This document shows, piece after piece, positions 60,506-64,000 of a stretch of DNA of 64,000 nt (position 1 is its first letter; every line of letters starts with the position of its first letter). The DNA is from Candidatus Omnitrophota bacterium (GTDB taxonomy: Bacteria > Omnitrophota > Gorgyraeia > Zapsychrales > Zapsychraceae). The stretch spans positions 38,055-102,054 of the forward strand of contig JANQMA010000050.1 in assembly GCA_028280285.1 (NCBI GenBank), in the 5' to 3' direction. The position numbers were made by a program, and so were the translations under genes. Below the pieces are notes generated by a model. It did not search any database, had not been told where the DNA came from, and worked only from the letters and a program-made list of their open reading frames with translations.

Positions 60506-61168
60506 ATGAAAAGTTTGTGGGTATTAGTATTCATTTTATCTGTATGTGTCGGACAGGCACACGCAAAAGAATACACATATCATTATTTTAAAGAATCAAC
60601 CGGTGAGGTTCGGGAGAAACATTTTCTTGAAATTAAACGTTTGAAAAAGGGGCATATGGAGATTAAACGGGAGGTTCAATCCGCCGATAAAGCATTGGAA
60701 GAAGAAATGGTTGTGGATGAGAATGGAGCAACACTTTCTTGGGAGGTAGAGGATGAAAAAGAGGACACAAAATATAAAGGTGAGCGTCAGGGCAACACAT
60801 TGATTCTTAAGGGCAGGCATAAAGGCGCTGTTCTGGATAAAGAAGTTGAGTTAGATAATAAGCCATTTTATTTTACACCGAAATTTAATCTTATGCGCTT
60901 TGCGGCATCTGAAGCAGAACAGGTTAGATTTTGGATGCTACGTAAAGATGAGTTGACCAAATATCTTATGCAGGCGAAGAAAAAGGCGGTTGAGACAATT
61001 ATTGTCAATGGCAAAGAGGTAGAGGCAATCAAAGTCTATTATTCAGCGACGGGTGCCGGAGAGAAATTTTATAAGCGGACGTATTATTTTAGAAAATCCG
61101 ACGGTCTTTTTTTGAAGAAAAAGGCCCCTAAGAAAGCCAAGAGTTTAACGGCAGAGCTTATTCTTTAA
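60506..61168 (+). CDS. Secreted hypothetical protein
   Basis: Signal peptide MKSLWVLVFILSVCVGQAHA; charged; no family recognised. Confidence 0.4.
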   Translation: MKSLWVLVFILSVCVGQAHAKEYTYHYFKESTGEVREKHFLEIKRLKKGHMEIKREVQSADKALEEEMVVDENGATLSWEVEDEKEDTKYKGERQGNTLILKGRHKGAVLDKEVELDNKPFYFTPKFNLMRFAASEAEQVRFWMLRKDELTKYLMQAKKKAVETIIVNGKEVEAIKVYYSATGAGEKFYKRTYYFRKSDGLFLKKKAPKKAKSLTAELIL

Positions 61169-61922
61169 TTTTTTTGCGGCGATTCTGCACATAGGCGTGC
61201 TGAACGGCTGTGTAAGGATCAAACGCATCGTCCACAATTCTTTCATAATTGTCCCGGATATTATAAGAGAAATTATTAACCCGGCGCACATAACGGGCAA
61301 CGGTCCAGGCGTCTTCCGGATCAACATCGGTGGCCGATAGCCAGGTAAATGGGTTAAAAACAGCATCGCCCACATAACCTAAAATATCCCGCCCGGTTGT
61401 TGGTCCGAGAATAGGGACAACTAGATAAAAGCCTTCATCCATACCATAGTATCCCAGCGTTTGTCCGAAGTCTTCACTTTGTTTCTCCAGATTAAAGGCA
61501 GCTTTAGCCGGATCAAAAAACCCACCCAAACCGATAGTTGAATTAATCAGAAACCTTCCGGCGACAATACCGGCTGATTTGCCTTTTTTCTGAAATACGT
61601 TATTGAAGAAACGTTTCGGTGCCGCCAAATTCACAAATAAATTGTTGATGCATTTTCGTGCCGGACGCGGGACAATCATATCATAGCCTTTAGACAAAGG
61701 ATTGAATATATACGTAATTAACTTATCGTTAAACGTAAACATGGCTTTATTAAATTTATTGAGCGGATCATTGATCTGTACGGTTTCTTCTTCAGACTCC
61801 CAATCGTCTTCTATTTCTAAAATGTCTTGGGTTAGAAAATCTTCGGCGTGTATATGGCTGGGGGTAAAACAAATAAATGAAAAGAGGAGAAATAAAATAA
61901 TAAATAGATTTTGTTTTTTCAT
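61158..61922 (-). CDS. mlaA: MlaA / VacJ outer-membrane lipoprotein
   Basis: DPLNKFNKAMFTFND...GGFFDPA core of VacJ. Confidence 0.7.
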   Translation of the reverse strand: MKKQNLFIILFLLFSFICFTPSHIHAEDFLTQDILEIEDDWESEEETVQINDPLNKFNKAMFTFNDKLITYIFNPLSKGYDMIVPRPARKCINNLFVNLAAPKRFFNNVFQKKGKSAGIVAGRFLINSTIGLGGFFDPAKAAFNLEKQSEDFGQTLGYYGMDEGFYLVVPILGPTTGRDILGYVGDAVFNPFTWLSATDVDPEDAWTVARYVRRVNNFSYNIRDNYERIVDDAFDPYTAVQHAYVQNRRKKIKE

Positions 61923-61929
61923 AGATTCC

Positions 61930-62550
61930 TTATTTTGCGCGTAGTTTGACCATTAAGTCTTCAAAGGAAGACTCTCCTAAAATAGTATTAAACTGGCTGC
62001 GGTAATTACCGACTGTACTAACACCTTCTATAATAATATCATATATTTTCCATCCATTACCAGAATCATACATATTAAAATCGACAGAAATTTTTTTACC
62101 GTTTGTCAGTAGTATATTGGTTTGTACCCTGCTGCGTTTGCCTTGCGACTTTTCTCTTAGGTAAACAATTTGTTCTCCCGAATAGGCATCGGTTTTGGTT
62201 AGATATGTATCTTTCAAGACTTTAACAAAAACTTTGATAAATTCTTTTTTCTCTTCTGGTGTGCGTGCCCTCCAATGATGGCCGAGGGAGCGTTTGGCGA
62301 TTTGTTCGAAACTAAAGATTGGTTTAAGGACATGCCATAGTTTTTCCCGGCGTTCTTTGATTTTATCAAACCCTTGCAGGTTGGGATCATCCAGTACTTT
62401 TAGGCTGCGATCAATGGTAGCGACGATAATTTTACCCGGGAGTTCCTGGTTTTTGGTGCCTTTAGTGTTTTGAGCCGATACAGCGCGCGGTGTTAAAAGG
62501 CTGGCGGTAAGTATAAAATAAAAGAATAATAGAGGAAGCTGTTTTATCAA
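61930..62550 (-). CDS. mlaC: MlaC (Ttg2D) periplasmic phospholipid-binding protein
   Basis: Signal peptide, MlaC-like size and pattern, position between mlaD and mlaA. Confidence 0.55.
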   Translation of the reverse strand: MIKQLPLLFFYFILTASLLTPRAVSAQNTKGTKNQELPGKIIVATIDRSLKVLDDPNLQGFDKIKERREKLWHVLKPIFSFEQIAKRSLGHHWRARTPEEKKEFIKVFVKVLKDTYLTKTDAYSGEQIVYLREKSQGKRSRVQTNILLTNGKKISVDFNMYDSGNGWKIYDIIIEGVSTVGNYRSQFNTILGESSFEDLMVKLRAK

Positions 62551-62552
62551 AA

Positions 62553-62993
62553 CTATTCGTCTCCTACAACAAGATTTTTGACCACTGATAATAAATCAAA
62601 AGAAGGCTCTGTGTCAAATATGCTTTCGTTGGGGCCCAATACGATGTCTGATCCACCGGGAAGGATTTCAACATAGTTCTCACCAAGAATTCCTTTTGTG
62701 CGGATGGAGGCAATGGCATCATCCTGGATTTCGATCCCGTTTTTAATCAGCATGGTCACTTTAGCCTGATAGTCGTCTAGTTCGATTGACTTGACTTTGC
62801 CGATAGTAACCCCGGCGATTTCAATGTTGGTATCTGTTTTAAGACCGGTGACGGAGGTAAAGGTTGCGCTGACGGGATAATATTTATTGTTAAAGAAATC
62901 AACCTGCCCGAGATTAATCGAAATATAGGCCATGCATAAGAGGCCGATGAGAATAAATGCTCCGACTGAAAATTCAACGGCTGCTTTTTTCAT
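62553..62993 (-). CDS. mlaD: MlaD (MCE-domain) protein
   Basis: N-terminal TM helix plus MCE domain (IEIAGVTIGKVKSIEL). Confidence 0.7.
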   Translation of the reverse strand: MKKAAVEFSVGAFILIGLLCMAYISINLGQVDFFNNKYYPVSATFTSVTGLKTDTNIEIAGVTIGKVKSIELDDYQAKVTMLIKNGIEIQDDAIASIRTKGILGENYVEILPGGSDIVLGPNESIFDTEPSFDLLSVVKNLVVGDE

Positions 62994-63025
62994 AATATAA
63001 TCCTTGGTTAGTGTTTAATTATTTA

Positions 63026-63087
63026 GTTGCTCGTTGCTAGTCGCTTGTTGCCAGCAACCGGCAACCAGCAACCAGCAACGGCTGGTC
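63026..63087. repeat. Heptad palindromic element (GTTGCT.. / AGCAAC..) inside the mla operon
   Basis: gttgctc gttgcta gtcgctt gttgcc agcaacc ggcaacc agcaacc agcaacg. Confidence 0.65.
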
Positions 63088-63098
63088 AAATTTTTTAT

Positions 63099-63831
63099 CT
63101 AATTGTCCAGCTCCCCATGGAGAAATTTCTGAACAATGCTATTATCCGAGTTTTTAATTTTCTGCGGTGTCCCTGATTCAACAATAGATCCGTTATGCAG
63201 CATAGCTACCTGATCGACGATACTGAAAATATTAGGTATTTCATGGCTGACAATAATGGCTGTCAGATTATTTTTTTTCTGTAGTGATCTGATTAATGCG
63301 TGAATCGTGTTAGTTGTCATCGGATCAAGGCCTGTTGTCGGCTCATCAAAAAGAATTATTTCCGGATGCGTAATCAAACAGCGTGCCAGGGCAACGCGTT
63401 TTTTCATGCCGCCGCTGATCTGTGATGGAAATTTATTACGGTCTTTACGTAAGCCCACATCATCCAATGCTTTTAATACTTTTTTGCGGATGGCATAGGG
63501 TTTAAGATTTGTTTTTTCTTTCACGGGAAAGGCGACATTTTCATAGACATTAAGAGAATCAAACAAAGCACTGCCTTGAAACACAATGCCTAAACGTTCC
63601 TTGATGCCTTTCAAATCGCTACCTTTAAGATGATGGATGTTTAAGTTATTGATTAAAACTTGTCCACCGTCGGGCCTAAGCAGTCCGATAATGTGTTTAA
63701 GCAAAACAGATTTGCCCTTACCGCTGGATCCGATTAGAGCGCAGATTTCGCCTGTTTTGACCGTTAGGTTAACGCCTTTTAAAATCTTTTGGTCGTCAAA
63801 ATTTTTAACAAGGTTTTTTATTTCTATCATA
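63099..63831 (-). CDS. mlaF: MlaF ABC transporter ATP-binding protein
   Basis: GSSGKGKSVLLK Walker A and LSGGMKKRVALAR signature. The track N-terminus (MVHEVRSTSYEP) translates the repeat element; start taken at MIEIKNL. Confidence 0.8.
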
Positions 63832-63850
63832 TTTTTAGAAGTAAATAACT

Positions 63851-63885
63851 CCGGTTCGTACGACGTACTTCGTACTTCGTGGACC
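63851..63885. repeat. Heptad element fragment (GTACTTCG family, related to 30847..30908)
   Basis: ccggttcgtacgacgtacttcgtacttcgtgg. Confidence 0.5.
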
Positions 63886-64000
63886 ATGATGTAGCAAGTA
63901 CGATTAAAAGATCATTACCGACGTTATAAAATAATCACATATCAAAATAACCACTGATGATGATACAACCGCTTGTGTGGTGGCTTTACTCACGCCTTCA

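Noticed and set aside
60506-61168. Tempting to assign the secreted 220-aa protein to a DUF family
   Set aside because: No motif I can recognise with confidence, so it is left as hypothetical.
63099-63887. Apparent absence of mlaE between mlaF and mlaD
   Set aside because: The window ends 110 nt past mlaF. The permease gene may lie just beyond the window on the minus strand, so loss of mlaE cannot be called.

Overview
This 64 kb window is almost entirely on the + strand and reads like the chromosome of a Gram-negative bacterium (LptD and an Mla system are present). From the sequence alone I cannot assign it to a phylum; it is probably an uncultured or candidate-phylum lineage.

Contents in order:
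- A more than 2,300-aa orphan protein with internal repeats, open at the window edge (18..6947).
- A housekeeping block: SPOR/TPR protein, miaA, hflX, a MORN protein, then hrcA-grpE-dnaK-dnaJ with a textbook sigma70 promoter and CIRCE operator, an FmdB zinc ribbon, VanZ, DUF1015, accD, a MalK-like ABC ATPase, two GGDEF cyclases, a ROK kinase and lptD.
- A roughly 16 kb glycan/LPS locus (26.0..42.4 kb): ugd, a second nucleotide-sugar dehydrogenase, UXS, a split TPP enzyme, an fcl-like gene, an epimerase, a B12-binding radical SAM, the GDP-heptose genes hddA/hddC/gmhB, a DegT aminotransferase, manC, and GT9, GT2 and GT28 glycosyltransferases.
- A PriA homolog with a degenerate Walker A and no zinc-finger cysteines, then fmt.
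- A small minus-strand island (KilA-N, hypothetical, HEPN/MNT pair with operator palindrome), then gap (-) and a DUF2237 gene.
- A TonB receptor and SBP5 binding protein, followed by the most system-like novelty: an unannotated 37-aa peptide ORF with a perfect Shine-Dalgarno, immediately upstream of an rSAM-SPASM enzyme with an N-terminal RRE-like extension, a Cache sensor kinase, an AraC-type response regulator and an Asp-less pseudo-receiver. I read this as a candidate RiPP biosynthesis plus sensing module.
- A kinase-like protein, an NTP transferase, DedA, and mlaA/C/D/F on the minus strand.

Superimposed on all of this is a second novelty: at least 15 intergenic palindromic elements built from 7-bp periodic units with a TG(C/T)T core. 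They differ in sequence but share the architecture. One pair flanks miaA as near-identical inverted copies. Several were absorbed into N-terminal extensions in the supplied ORF track.

No rRNA, tRNA, CRISPR array or transposase was recognised.
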